Shown piece after piece: positions 18,511 to 27,443 of a DNA stretch of 32,000 nt (its first letter is position 1; the number at the start of each line of letters is the position of its first letter). The stretch comes from Vibrio cholerae ATCC 14035. Lineage in GTDB: Bacteria > Pseudomonadota > Gammaproteobacteria > Enterobacterales > Vibrionaceae. The position numbers and the translations under genes were made by a program. The stretch is from NCBI RefSeq assembly GCF_000621645.1, contig NZ_JHXR01000023.1:20491-52490 (forward strand), written 5' to 3'. Below the pieces are notes generated by a model. The model made no database searches and was not told where the DNA came from. It saw only the letters and a program-made list of their open reading frames with translations.

Positions 18511-19716
18511 ATGTCTGCCTCACTTTCTGTCGCAAAACTGACCTTCTTTATCGCTATTCTGGCTGCTGTCGGCCAAGCGACACAAACCATGTATGTGCCT
18601 TCTATTGGTTACATGGCGCAAGAGTTTTTGGTTTCACCAGCAGCGCTGCAAGCTGTGATGGCGTGCTACCTGATCCCTTACGGCTTGTCGCAATTTGTTT
18701 ACGGTACCCTTTCTGATCGTATTGGTCGCAAACCGATCATTATTGCTGGATTGGCGATCTACATTATCGGTTCTTTGATTGCGCTCTTCGCCCATCAGTA
18801 TTCATGGTTTTTGATCGGTAGCTTTGTACAAGGTCTTGGGATTGGTTGTGGCGGTGCGATGTCTCGTACGCTCTCTCGCGACTGTTTCGAAGGCGCTGAG
18901 CTGCATAAAGTCAACAGCTTAATCAGTATGTGCCTGATTTTCTCACCGTTGGTCGCGCCGGTCTTAGGTGGCTACTTAACCGAAAGTTTTGGTTGGCGTT
19001 CAAGCTATTTGTTTCTGTCACTCTTTGCCATTGCCGTAGTGATCACCATGATGACGAGCATGGTAGAAACCTTGCCAGCGACAGCGCGTAAAAAAGAGCC
19101 CGTGCTGCGCAGTTATCATTACGTGCTGTCGGATCGTCGCTTCCAAGGTTACTTAATCTGTCTTGTCGCGACCTTTGCAGGCTTAGCCGTGTTCGAAGCG
19201 GCGGCTGGCGTGTTATTAGGCGGTGTATTAGGCCTACCTGCGACGACCGTAAGTTTGCTGTTTGTGTTACCCATCCCCGGCTATTTGGCGGGCGCTTGGC
19301 TCTCTAACGTGATTGCTCGCCACTGGCGTGAAAAAACCGCGATGCATGTCGGCTTACTCGCGATCTTAACGGGCTCACTGGTCATTATGCTGCCCGGCTT
19401 ATTGGGTATGACCACGGCCTTATCACTGATTGGCGGCGCAACCATTTACTTCTTAGGGGCTGGCATTTTATTCCCAGCCGCTACCACAGGTGCACTTTCT
19501 CCTTTCCCTTATCACGCGGGAACGGGCGGTGCAATTTTAGGTGGAATGCAAAATTTAGGGGCAGGTCTGGCTACGCTGTTTGCCGCCATGTTCCCAGCAT
19601 CCGATCAACTACCACTCGGTATTATTATGCTTCTGATGTCAGTACTGGCGTTGTGGGGACTTAAACGCGTTTACACCAAACAGCCACCGTCAGATGAGAT
19701 GCCGATTGCGATCTGA
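18511..19716 (+). CDS. MFS efflux transporter, Bcr/CflA-like
   Basis: The ATG at 18511 is preceded by GGAGA 6 nt upstream (the ORF track starts 13 codons earlier). The product has 12 TM helices and the MFS motif GTLSDRIGRKP after TM2. Confidence 0.88.
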   Translation: MSASLSVAKLTFFIAILAAVGQATQTMYVPSIGYMAQEFLVSPAALQAVMACYLIPYGLSQFVYGTLSDRIGRKPIIIAGLAIYIIGSLIALFAHQYSWFLIGSFVQGLGIGCGGAMSRTLSRDCFEGAELHKVNSLISMCLIFSPLVAPVLGGYLTESFGWRSSYLFLSLFAIAVVITMMTSMVETLPATARKKEPVLRSYHYVLSDRRFQGYLICLVATFAGLAVFEAAAGVLLGGVLGLPATTVSLLFVLPIPGYLAGAWLSNVIARHWREKTAMHVGLLAILTGSLVIMLPGLLGMTTALSLIGGATIYFLGAGILFPAATTGALSPFPYHAGTGGAILGGMQNLGAGLATLFAAMFPASDQLPLGIIMLLMSVLALWGLKRVYTKQPPSDEMPIAI

Positions 19717-19791
19717 GGTGAGAAAATTCTGACCCTTTAGCGAATATACCGGATGAGATCAATTTCACTGCAGAAATGGGGAAATTAAATC

Positions 19792-19819
19792 TTGTCGTCA
19801 CCTGAAAAGGCAGTAATAT
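19792..19819 (+). promoter_or_regulatory. Candidate sigma-70 promoter for the riboswitch leader
   Basis: TTGTCG, a 16-nt spacer, then TAATAT, about 50 nt upstream of the riboswitch P1 region. Confidence 0.35.
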
Positions 19820-19867
19820 ACGTCGTGTGTCACAGTTTCTGAGCCTAGCTCTTCGACGGGCACAAGT

Positions 19868-20042
19868 TCCTTTAAGTAGAGGCGCGCTGTTCATGAGTCG
19901 CCAGTCGTAGGTTGACCCCGATGATGACTGGTTAAAGGGTACAGCGCCGAAGTGATCGTTGCGTCATCAACGTTCGCTGGGCCAGCATTGAACAAATGCC
20001 GGACTGCCATAGTGTGTTGTCTATGGAGCGCTACCTTGAAGG
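19868..20042 (+). promoter_or_regulatory. Lysine riboswitch (L-box)
   Basis: Contains the conserved L-box blocks in the correct order: GTAGAGGCGCG, AGCGCCGAAGTGA, GCTGGGCC, GCATTGAACAAATGCCGGACTGCCA and ATGGAGCGCTACC. The flanks CCTTTAAG / CCTTGAAGG can close P1. It ends about 80 nt upstream of the transporter ATG. Confidence 0.8.
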
Positions 20043-20119
20043 ATAAGAAGTGTTATTTCGCTGAAATGTGTTTTTTATCCTGCTGGTAGATCTCCACCTG
20101 AAAAGGTGATGTGAGATCC

Positions 20120-21700
20120 ATGAATTTAGCCCCTTATTCTGACTCGGTTTACTCGGTCATCCCACCGCTACTCGCGGTGCTGCTCGCGATTACCACACGC
20201 CGAGTATTACTCTCTTTAGGCGCTGGCATTGTTGCTGGTGCGGTTATGCTTAACCATTTTTCCCCGCTGAGTACAGTACAATACCTGTTTGGAAAGATCA
20301 GCGGTCTGTTTTGGGCGGAAGGTGCAGCCAACAGCGATAACATCAATATGCTGCTGTTTATGCTGCTGCTGGGTGGTTTGATAAGCTTAATGACGGCCTC
20401 AGGCGCAACGCGTGCTTTCGCGGTATGGGCTGAGCGCAAATGCAAAGATCGCCGCAGTGCAAAAGCTCTGACGGGTTTGATGGTATTTGCTTTTTTCATC
20501 GACGATTTTTTCCATAGCCTATCTGTGGGTGCGATTTGCCGCCCAGTGACGGATCGCTTCCAAATCTCGCGCGCGAAACTCGCCTATTTGCTCGACTCTA
20601 CCGCAGCCCCTGTGTGTGTGATTACACCGATTTCCTCTTGGGGCGCTTACATCATCGCTCTCATAGGCGGCATTTTAGCGGCACACGAAATGACCGAAAT
20701 CAGTGCGATTTCAGCATTTGTACAGATGATCCCGATGAATCTGTACGCCGTGTTTACCCTGCTTATGGTGCTCGCGGTGATTTTCCTGCCGATGGATATT
20801 GGTCCCATGCGCCAACACGAAGCGTGGGCTCGTGAAGGTAAATTGTGGGACGAAAGCAAAGGCCGCCCTGCGGGCTTAGATATGGAAGGTGGAGAAACCG
20901 CTCGCGGTACCATGATTGATATGGTGTTGCCCATCGCAGTACTGACCATCACCACCTTGATTTTCATGATCCAAACCGGTAACGCCGTCTTAGCCGCTAA
21001 CGGTGAAGCGTTCTCTTTGATTGGCGCACTCGAAAATACCAATGTGGCTCAGTCACTGGTTTATGCGGCGCTGTGTAGCTTGGCGGTCTCGATAGTTCTG
21101 TCACTGCGCTTAAAACTCTCGGCGCAAACGTGGCTATCCACGGCACCCAAAGGGGTTATGGCGATGATGCCAGCAATCATCATTCTGCTGTTTGCTTGGA
21201 CGATTGGTGGTGTGGTGCGCGATCTACAAACCGGCATTTATCTCGCGTCTCTGACTCAAGGCAATCTACCGGTTGAACTGCTCCCCGCCTTGGTGTTTGT
21301 ACTTTCTTGCTTAATGGCATTCGCCACTGGCACCAGTTGGGGCACCTTTGGGATTATGCTGCCACTCGCGGGTGATATCGCTGCGGCATCAGACATCAGC
21401 CTAATGCTACCGACTCTCTCCGCCGTATTGGCCGGCGCAGTGTTTGGCGATCACGCCTCACCGATTTCCAGCACCAGTATCTTGTCAGCAACCGGCGCAG
21501 GTAGCCATCATATTGACCATGTCGTGACTCAGCTTCCTTACGCGATCAGCGCAGCAATGGGCGCACTACTGGGTTATTTGGCAATGGGCTTATTGCACTC
21601 CGTTTGGGCTGGTTTGGCCGCCAGCAGTGTATGGTTTGTGCTGTTTTGTGCCTTCAACCTACGCCAAAAACGTTGGCAGCAAGAACCTGTTGAAGCCTAA
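20120..21700 (+). CDS. NhaC-family Na+/H+ antiporter-like transporter, probable lysine-regulated transporter
   Basis: 526-aa polytopic membrane ORF. I prefer the ATG at 20120, which has AAGGTG 12 nt upstream, over the GTG at 20111. It lies directly downstream of a lysine riboswitch. Earlier comparative-genomics work predicted NhaC-family genes behind L-boxes (the lysW group) to be lysine transporters. Confidence 0.88.
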   Translation: MNLAPYSDSVYSVIPPLLAVLLAITTRRVLLSLGAGIVAGAVMLNHFSPLSTVQYLFGKISGLFWAEGAANSDNINMLLFMLLLGGLISLMTASGATRAFAVWAERKCKDRRSAKALTGLMVFAFFIDDFFHSLSVGAICRPVTDRFQISRAKLAYLLDSTAAPVCVITPISSWGAYIIALIGGILAAHEMTEISAISAFVQMIPMNLYAVFTLLMVLAVIFLPMDIGPMRQHEAWAREGKLWDESKGRPAGLDMEGGETARGTMIDMVLPIAVLTITTLIFMIQTGNAVLAANGEAFSLIGALENTNVAQSLVYAALCSLAVSIVLSLRLKLSAQTWLSTAPKGVMAMMPAIIILLFAWTIGGVVRDLQTGIYLASLTQGNLPVELLPALVFVLSCLMAFATGTSWGTFGIMLPLAGDIAAASDISLMLPTLSAVLAGAVFGDHASPISSTSILSATGAGSHHIDHVVTQLPYAISAAMGALLGYLAMGLLHSVWAGLAASSVWFVLFCAFNLRQKRWQQEPVEA

Positions 21701-21710
21701 GTTCTTTCTC

Positions 21711-21739
21711 ACACCGCCCTTTATGGGCGGTGTTTTTAT
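21711..21739 (+). terminator. Rho-independent terminator
   Basis: ACACCGCCC-TTTAT-GGGCGGTGT followed by TTTTTAT, 11 nt after the transporter stop. Confidence 0.85.
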
Positions 21740-21777
21740 CTACAACACACCTTCAACTTATAAACTAAGTGCAGCGC

Positions 21778-22752
21778 TTATTCATCGATAGGTGTCCAAT
21801 CTTTCGGCGGCGTTAACCCCCAGCGCGCAAACTCTTCTGGCTGATAAACACCTCTCCCTTGGCGGTTAATTTGGATCGGAATATATTTGGCAAGCTCTTG
21901 CTTATCCAAAATACGCGTCACCAGCTCAGCAGCCATCTCTCCTTGTTCTAACCCAAATAACACCACGCCACCCGCCGCTTTTCCTTTGCCGATCGAGAAA
22001 TCCCAAAAGCCAAACAGCGGCAGTTGAGAATGCTCATTCGTCCAACTCACAATATTTTCAGGAGCAGCATGTAACCCATCAATATTGACAAGGGTTTGAT
22101 ACAAACCCACCACTATGGCTCCAAAGCCTTCTTGATTCGCGTACTCAACCGCGTGTTTCCACTCTTGTTCGCTCTTAATAGAACGGATGTCCGCCTCTAT
22201 CCCCAAATTCTCCTTAATCAGCTTGTGTTGATCTTGCATATAATCCAAGGCAATTTTTGAGGTATTCCCTGAGTCAAACAACACCAAAACACGCCGTTTT
22301 TCTTTCGGTAACAAGCGGCCAATTTCAGCCATATTTTTTACAAACAAGGGTTGCTCTAAGATGCCCGTTACCTGCGCAATCCCCGAATACTCATCCAGCA
22401 ACTCTCTGGGATTTGAGTTGATGCCGAGAAAAACAATCGAGATGGGTTCGTTATACAGTTTGGGTAACAAATAATAGAGTGCGTTGTCATCGCCCAATAC
22501 CACCAAATCAGGTTTCAATTGCTGATAAGCTTGAAATGCACGATCGGCAGCCACGCTGTATTCTCGAGCGGGAATCCGTTTCGTATCCATTTCAAAAAAG
22601 TGTAATTGATGTTGGGCGTTAATCCCCTCTTTCAATCCTTTTGTGTAGGCTGCATCCCACGCGTAACCCGAGTGATAACTTTGAATCACCAACACATTGG
22701 CAGCCCATGCTTGGCCACTCAATAACCACACTATAACCATCCACCAGCGCAT
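21778..22752 (-). CDS. Periplasmic solute-binding-like protein (orphan ABC substrate-binding fold, no cognate permease or ATPase nearby)
   Basis: The ATG at 22752 is preceded by GGAGGAAG and gives the signal peptide MRWWMVIVWLLSGQAWA/ANV. The ORF-track N-terminal extension is translated ERIC repeat. The alternating beta-alpha pattern (VLVIQSY.., VVLGDDNA.., IVFLGIN.., VLVLFDSGN..) is typical of type-I periplasmic binding proteins. Confidence 0.8.
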   Translation of the reverse strand: MRWWMVIVWLLSGQAWAANVLVIQSYHSGYAWDAAYTKGLKEGINAQHQLHFFEMDTKRIPAREYSVAADRAFQAYQQLKPDLVVLGDDNALYYLLPKLYNEPISIVFLGINSNPRELLDEYSGIAQVTGILEQPLFVKNMAEIGRLLPKEKRRVLVLFDSGNTSKIALDYMQDQHKLIKENLGIEADIRSIKSEQEWKHAVEYANQEGFGAIVVGLYQTLVNIDGLHAAPENIVSWTNEHSQLPLFGFWDFSIGKGKAAGGVVLFGLEQGEMAAELVTRILDKQELAKYIPIQINRQGRGVYQPEEFARWGLTPPKDWTPIDE

Positions 22753-22772
22753 ATGGCTTCCTCCACGCTTTA

Positions 22773-22897
22773 ATACCCAAACCACTTGGGGTGGCAGATG
22801 CCACTGTGAGCTCATTCCCTTGAGCATAGAGAAACTATGCCTCTGAGATCAAAAACGTAGCCAACATCGCCGTTACTTCAAGCAGAAAGGGTATAGG
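22773..22897. repeat. Full-length ERIC/IRU repeat abutting the binding-protein gene RBS
   Basis: ATACCCAAACCACTTGGGGTGGCAGATGCCACTGTGAGC + ATTCCCTTGAGCATAGAGAAACTATG...ACGTAGCCAACATCGCCGTTACTTCAAGCAGAAAGGGTATAGG aligns with both arms of the copies at 3528-3725 and 14862-14989. It starts 21 nt upstream of the ATG at 22752. Confidence 0.85.
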
Positions 22898-23001
22898 CAA
22901 GTGTAGCTGATGTTTCTGCCTATAACTTGGCCAAGTGGGAAGGAAGGTACGGCATAGACCATCTATACTGAAATGAATTACTTCTAAAACAATAGATAAT
23001 A

Positions 23002-24948
23002 ATGAAAAACCGTGACGCAGAAGAAATGGACAGTAACCCGATGTTCAGCCGTATTGGCCGACGCATCATTCTCATCATGGTGATACTCAGTGGTGCCGTG
23101 ACTTTAGCCATGACGATTACCCAAACCTTCATCGACTACAACCGTGAGTTCAATAATGTCCAAGCTAGGCATGATGAAATCCAAACCATTCACGCCGAGC
23201 TTCTCGCCAGCTCACTGTGGAATTATGACTTAGTCGTGCTTACCCAAAGGCTGGAAGGCTTGGTCAACTTACCCAATGTCGATTATATGAAGATCACCTC
23301 TGGCGACTACCATTTCTCAGCCGGAGAACCCGTAACCAGCATGGCATTAAATAGCGAAATAGCACTGGAATACACCAACCCAGATACTCAGGTGACTGAG
23401 AATATCGGCACCTTATATGTCGAATCGGACGCCCAAGGTATTTATAACTATCTGATTCGCCAGTTTCTGCTCACCTTAGCCGTCAATGCGCTGAAAACCG
23501 CCATTGTGTGCTATTTAATCTTGCTGATTTTCCACGCCAGTGTGAATCAGCGGATTTTTGCGATTGCGCAATTTCTACGTCGCTACAATCCCCGCCACCC
23601 TAAAAAACCACTACAACTGCCTTATAACCCTTGGATTATGGAGAAAAATGATGAGTTACAATGGCTGGGAGATGAAACTAATCGGATTGCTAACAACGTA
23701 ACAACCCTTTACCGCACCATCAAATCGGAGCAAGAACGGTTGGAAGATTTTGCACAAGCCGCCTCCGATTGGTTATGGGAAACCAACTGCCATGGCGAGC
23801 TGATTTATAGCTCAGAAGCCATGTCTACTGCGTTAGCGATTGAGGAAGATTCCAAACCACTCATAGTAAGTATTGCTCCGCTTCAATCCTCAACCGCGCT
23901 CATGAACTGCTTACTCAAACAGCAAGATTTCTCAAATTGTGAAGTGGAATTGACACTCAGTGATGGCACTCAAGCCTATTTACTGTTTCAAGGCATTGCT
24001 CGCTATGCCGATGAGCAATTTCTCGGATTTCGTGGTACTGCAATCAACATTACCTCGCTCAAACTGGCTCAATTGAGTTTAGAAATCATGAACCAAGATC
24101 TGGAGCAGCAAGTCGCGAATCGAACGCAAGATTTAGCACTCAGTTTAACTCGTTTGCAAGAAACCCAAACCCAACTGATTGAATCTGAAAAGCTCGCCGC
24201 TCTCGGTGGCTTAGTGGCAGGCGTCGCACACGAAGTGAATACGCCGTTAGGTATTGCGGTGACAGCCACTTCTGTGATTCAGGAAACACGAGAAAGCTTG
24301 CTCAACGCCTTTAATCAGCAAACCCTCACCAGCCAACAGTTTGCAGAATTGATGGAGAGGATGACTCAAAGCACCCTGATGCTAGAAACCAATCTTAACC
24401 GTGCCGCACGACTGGTTCGAGATTTTAAGCAGACCGCCGTCGACCAAGTTTCGGAAAGCCGTAGCCAATTTCACGTAAAACAAGTCCTCGACGCGCTGAT
24501 GGCCAGCTTACACAGTGAAACCCGAAAAATTCCGGTGACTCCGCAACTGCATGGGGAGGATTCTGTGATGATGAACAGCTTACCTGGTGTACTGACACAG
24601 ATTATGACTAACTTGGTCATGAACAGTGTGAATCACGCTTTCGCAGAGACTGCTCAGCCAGAGATTGATATCCACTTCTATCAAAAAGATCAGCAGATCA
24701 TGATTGAATATCGAGACAATGGATGCGGCGTAGCAAAAGAACTGCATCAAAAAATCTTTGAACCATTTTTTACCACTAAGCGAGGTCAAGGTGGCTCAGG
24801 ATTAGGATTAAATCTGGTGTTTAATTTGGTTAAGCAAAAGCTGCATGGCCAACTGGCGTTTTCTTCCGAACCGGGGCACGGCGTGCATTACGTGATCACA
24901 TTACCCCAAGCGCTATCGATGCCTCAAGTAGCCGACTGTGCGACCTAG
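23002..24948 (+). CDS. Membrane sensor histidine kinase (periplasmic loop, PAS, HisKA, HATPase)
   Basis: 648-aa ORF. TM1 is IILIMVILSGAVTLAMTITQTF and TM2 is LLTLAVNALKTAIVCYLILLIF, flanking a loop of about 110 aa. It has a PAS-like segment (WLWETNCHGELIY..FRGTAINIT), H-box VAGVAHEVNTPLG, N-box NLVMNSVNHA, G1 DNGCGV, F-box FEPFFTTK and G2 GGSGLGLN. There is no receiver domain. Start-codon choice is uncertain (23002, 23026 or 23041). Confidence 0.9.
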   Translation: MKNRDAEEMDSNPMFSRIGRRIILIMVILSGAVTLAMTITQTFIDYNREFNNVQARHDEIQTIHAELLASSLWNYDLVVLTQRLEGLVNLPNVDYMKITSGDYHFSAGEPVTSMALNSEIALEYTNPDTQVTENIGTLYVESDAQGIYNYLIRQFLLTLAVNALKTAIVCYLILLIFHASVNQRIFAIAQFLRRYNPRHPKKPLQLPYNPWIMEKNDELQWLGDETNRIANNVTTLYRTIKSEQERLEDFAQAASDWLWETNCHGELIYSSEAMSTALAIEEDSKPLIVSIAPLQSSTALMNCLLKQQDFSNCEVELTLSDGTQAYLLFQGIARYADEQFLGFRGTAINITSLKLAQLSLEIMNQDLEQQVANRTQDLALSLTRLQETQTQLIESEKLAALGGLVAGVAHEVNTPLGIAVTATSVIQETRESLLNAFNQQTLTSQQFAELMERMTQSTLMLETNLNRAARLVRDFKQTAVDQVSESRSQFHVKQVLDALMASLHSETRKIPVTPQLHGEDSVMMNSLPGVLTQIMTNLVMNSVNHAFAETAQPEIDIHFYQKDQQIMIEYRDNGCGVAKELHQKIFEPFFTTKRGQGGSGLGLNLVFNLVKQKLHGQLAFSSEPGHGVHYVITLPQALSMPQVADCAT

Positions 24949-25005
24949 CCACGCCTAGCGCTCCATCGGTATTCATTTCTGCCGGTATTCACTTTTGTCG
25001 CTGTC

Positions 25006-26547
25006 CTAGTCAGGCAGCGAAGCACGGATAGCAATAAACTCATCCCAGTGTTCGAGTAATAGCTCAACCAGTTTCGGCTCAAAGTGACGCCCTTTTTGCG
25101 CCATTAACTCTTCTCGGATCTGTTCATCTGTCCACGGATCTTTATAAGAACGTTTCGCGCCTAAAGCATCAAAGACATCGGCTATCGCAGTAATACGGCC
25201 TGAAATGGGAATATCATCGCCTTGTAAGCGGTTCGGATAACCACTGCCATCCCATTTTTCATGATGAGTGGCGGCAATTTCTTTCGCCACTTGCATTAAT
25301 CGCCGTTTAGAACGGTTAAGGATTTCGACCCCATACTCCACATGCTTTTGCATGATCGCCCATTCTTGGGCATCAAGTTTACCAGGCTTATGCAAGATAC
25401 TGTCTGGAATGGCGACTTTGCCAACATCATGCAAAGGTGAGGCATTTTTGATCATGTCAGCCTCAGATTCAGCTAAACCGTATAAATGGGCTAATCGCTC
25501 ACAATACAAGGCAACACGTTGTACATGTGCGCCGGTTTCTCGGCTACGTGCTTCCACGGCATTGGCTAAGTTGTATACCAACTCTTTCGACGTCTCACGC
25601 AAGTCCACCATCAAGTTAATGTTTTCAAAGGTAAGACCGATGTTGTACATGTAGATCTCAAGCAATTTTCTATCCAGTTCAGAAAGCTCCTGCTCAAAAC
25701 CTACATACAGAACGCTATCAACACCTCGTTCATCTTGTTTAAAGAACACGTAAGCATCGCCGTAGTCGCGAGTCGTGCGCTGACTCAACACTTCTTTGCA
25801 ACGACGCTGCACGTCTTCCGGTAAACCTTTAAAGGGAGATTCAACGTATAACTCAACCCGTTCAGCAGTTGTTGCCACGGTTAAAGCGTTACATTTTTCA
25901 CTATCGGGACAAGGTGTCGCCACGCAATAAAAAGCTGAAGCGTGCAATTTCAGCAATGAAGTCAATTGGTTCAAAACCGCAGTAGCGTAAGACTGGAGAC
26001 TTTTCGTATTTTGAACATTCGCAGAGGCTTCAATCACATGACTTAAACCGAGCTTCTGATCTTCAATCAAGCACAAATCTCGGTAAGCACGCAGCATAGA
26101 ATAGAGCAAGGTGCGCAGTTTTTGAGTCGTCAACTCTGTTTTTTCTTTGTAATCATCAATCTCATACTCTTTGATGACCCTATCTTCAGGAGCCTGCCCT
26201 GCTTGTCCGGTGCGCAGCACTAAACGCACTTGACGGTTCTGGAGTTCTTCGCGGATGTAACGCACCAAGTCTAAGCCCGCGTGTTCGGTTTCCATCACTA
26301 CATCAACCAGCGCCAGTGCGATATCCGAGCGCTCCGCCATCACTTTTCGCGCTTCTAGGCCAGAAAGAACCGAAATTAATTCAAGGGGACGATTTTGAAA
26401 CTTGAACCCCGTCAATGCTAAACGTGTGATTTGGTGCATCTGCTCATCATCATCGACTAACAACACACACCAAGGCTCTTGGCTATGCATGACTACCCGT
26501 TCTTTTTCCCCTGCGGCCTCTTGGCGCATATCTGCAAACAGATCCAT
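25006..26547 (-). CDS. Response regulator with REC, central accessory domain and HD-GYP phosphodiesterase domain
   Basis: The ATG at 26547 is preceded by GGAG 7 nt upstream (the ORF track starts at a TTG 9 codons earlier). REC is VLLVDDDEQ...ALVDVVM. A middle domain of about 160 aa has no motif I can name. The HD-GYP domain has HDVGK and HHEKWDGSGYP. By synteny this is probably the locus I recall as VCA0210. Confidence 0.9.
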   Translation of the reverse strand: MDLFADMRQEAAGEKERVVMHSQEPWCVLLVDDDEQMHQITRLALTGFKFQNRPLELISVLSGLEARKVMAERSDIALALVDVVMETEHAGLDLVRYIREELQNRQVRLVLRTGQAGQAPEDRVIKEYEIDDYKEKTELTTQKLRTLLYSMLRAYRDLCLIEDQKLGLSHVIEASANVQNTKSLQSYATAVLNQLTSLLKLHASAFYCVATPCPDSEKCNALTVATTAERVELYVESPFKGLPEDVQRRCKEVLSQRTTRDYGDAYVFFKQDERGVDSVLYVGFEQELSELDRKLLEIYMYNIGLTFENINLMVDLRETSKELVYNLANAVEARSRETGAHVQRVALYCERLAHLYGLAESEADMIKNASPLHDVGKVAIPDSILHKPGKLDAQEWAIMQKHVEYGVEILNRSKRRLMQVAKEIAATHHEKWDGSGYPNRLQGDDIPISGRITAIADVFDALGAKRSYKDPWTDEQIREELMAQKGRHFEPKLVELLLEHWDEFIAIRASLPD

Positions 26548-26782
26548 GCCATCTCCATATTTAAACCACTTCAACCTTCTTTAGGTTTAGCACAATAGCT
26601 TGAAGTCCGAGAGGTATGGGCACTATTTTCAATGATAAATTCGTGAATATGTGTGTGGCTGGGCCATCATAAAATCATATTCAGCGCCTCATTCCACCGT
26701 TAATACGCGCGCAGTAGAGCTCGCGTCCTAGATTGAGCAGTTCGAGGTGCAGCAACATGAATGAAATAGCTACGATGGGGCA

Positions 26783-26810
26783 TTCACTGGCTGAATCCTC
26801 AGCCAGTGAA
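26783..26810 (-). terminator. Stem-loop immediately downstream of the NadD-like gene (candidate terminator, no U tract)
   Basis: TTCACTGGCTGA-ATCC-TCAGCCAGTGAA is a perfect 12-bp stem 3 nt from the stop at 26814-26816. Confidence 0.45.
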
Positions 26811-26813
26811 AAT

Positions 26814-27341
26814 TTAGAAGCTTGGGCTAGTGTAAAGCTGCTGCTGGTGCAAAAGGCGCTCAACCCCTGACGTGGTCATGTCTGTAATCGGTTGTCCATT
26901 TTGCAGAGCATCGCGAATCGCGGTACTGCGGATAGGCAACCTTTCAGGGCATGCCATGACTGTCCAACGCTGCAGTATTTCATCCGCTTTGTAGAATTTT
27001 CCAAAGTGAAGCAAATTGTCCGGCCCGATCACAAACGTCAACTCATCCTCCGGATACAGAGCTTGCAATCGCGTCAACACCGCATAAGTAGTGACGGCCT
27101 CTGGCGGAGCATATAAGGCTTGCTCGACATCAGAGCGCTGCACTTTATTTGAGCCAATATCTTGGATGAATTGATCCACCAGTTGACTGCGCAACTCGTA
27201 ATCAAGCATGGTTTTCCCCCAAGCGTGGGCAATGCTCGGTACTAGCAAAATCAAATCAAAATGACCAAGCGAATCAATAATACTTTTGTGACCTAGGGTC
27301 GGCGGATTAAAGGCGCTGCCAAACACCGCAATCTTTTTCAT
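26814..27341 (-). CDS. Short nicotinate/nicotinamide-mononucleotide adenylyltransferase-like protein (NadD/NadM superfamily)
   Basis: 175-aa ORF. It has the nucleotidyltransferase motif [12 protein letters not shown] ((H/T)xGH) near the N-terminus and an ISSTxxR-like IRSTAIRD near the C-terminus. It is divergent from nadE. Confidence 0.8.
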   Translation of the reverse strand: MKKIAVFGSAFNPPTLGHKSIIDSLGHFDLILLVPSIAHAWGKTMLDYELRSQLVDQFIQDIGSNKVQRSDVEQALYAPPEAVTTYAVLTRLQALYPEDELTFVIGPDNLLHFGKFYKADEILQRWTVMACPERLPIRSTAIRDALQNGQPITDMTTSGVERLLHQQQLYTSPSF

Positions 27342-27443
27342 TGTGCACCTTGCCGATCGGGAAATGCCCTTTCTCGGTTTTCTAATTCAACGATTGCGGT
27401 ATCATACACCGAAAAATTGACATTGCTTGCAGGAAAGGAACCT

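Noticed and set aside
19799-20106. 12-nt direct repeat CACCTGAAAAGG at 19799-19810 and 20095-20106, flanking the riboswitch
   Set aside because: This is an exact match seen in the sequence. However, the first copy falls in the spacer of the predicted promoter and so is probably not transcribed. The second copy is explained by the SD hairpin. With only two copies I cannot separate chance from function.
26681-26863. 60-aa minus-strand ORF between the HD-GYP gene and the NadD-like gene
   Set aside because: It overlaps the 3' end of the NadD-like CDS and its terminator hairpin. It has no RBS or motif. It may be annotated as a hypothetical gene in some genomes, but the sequence gives no support.
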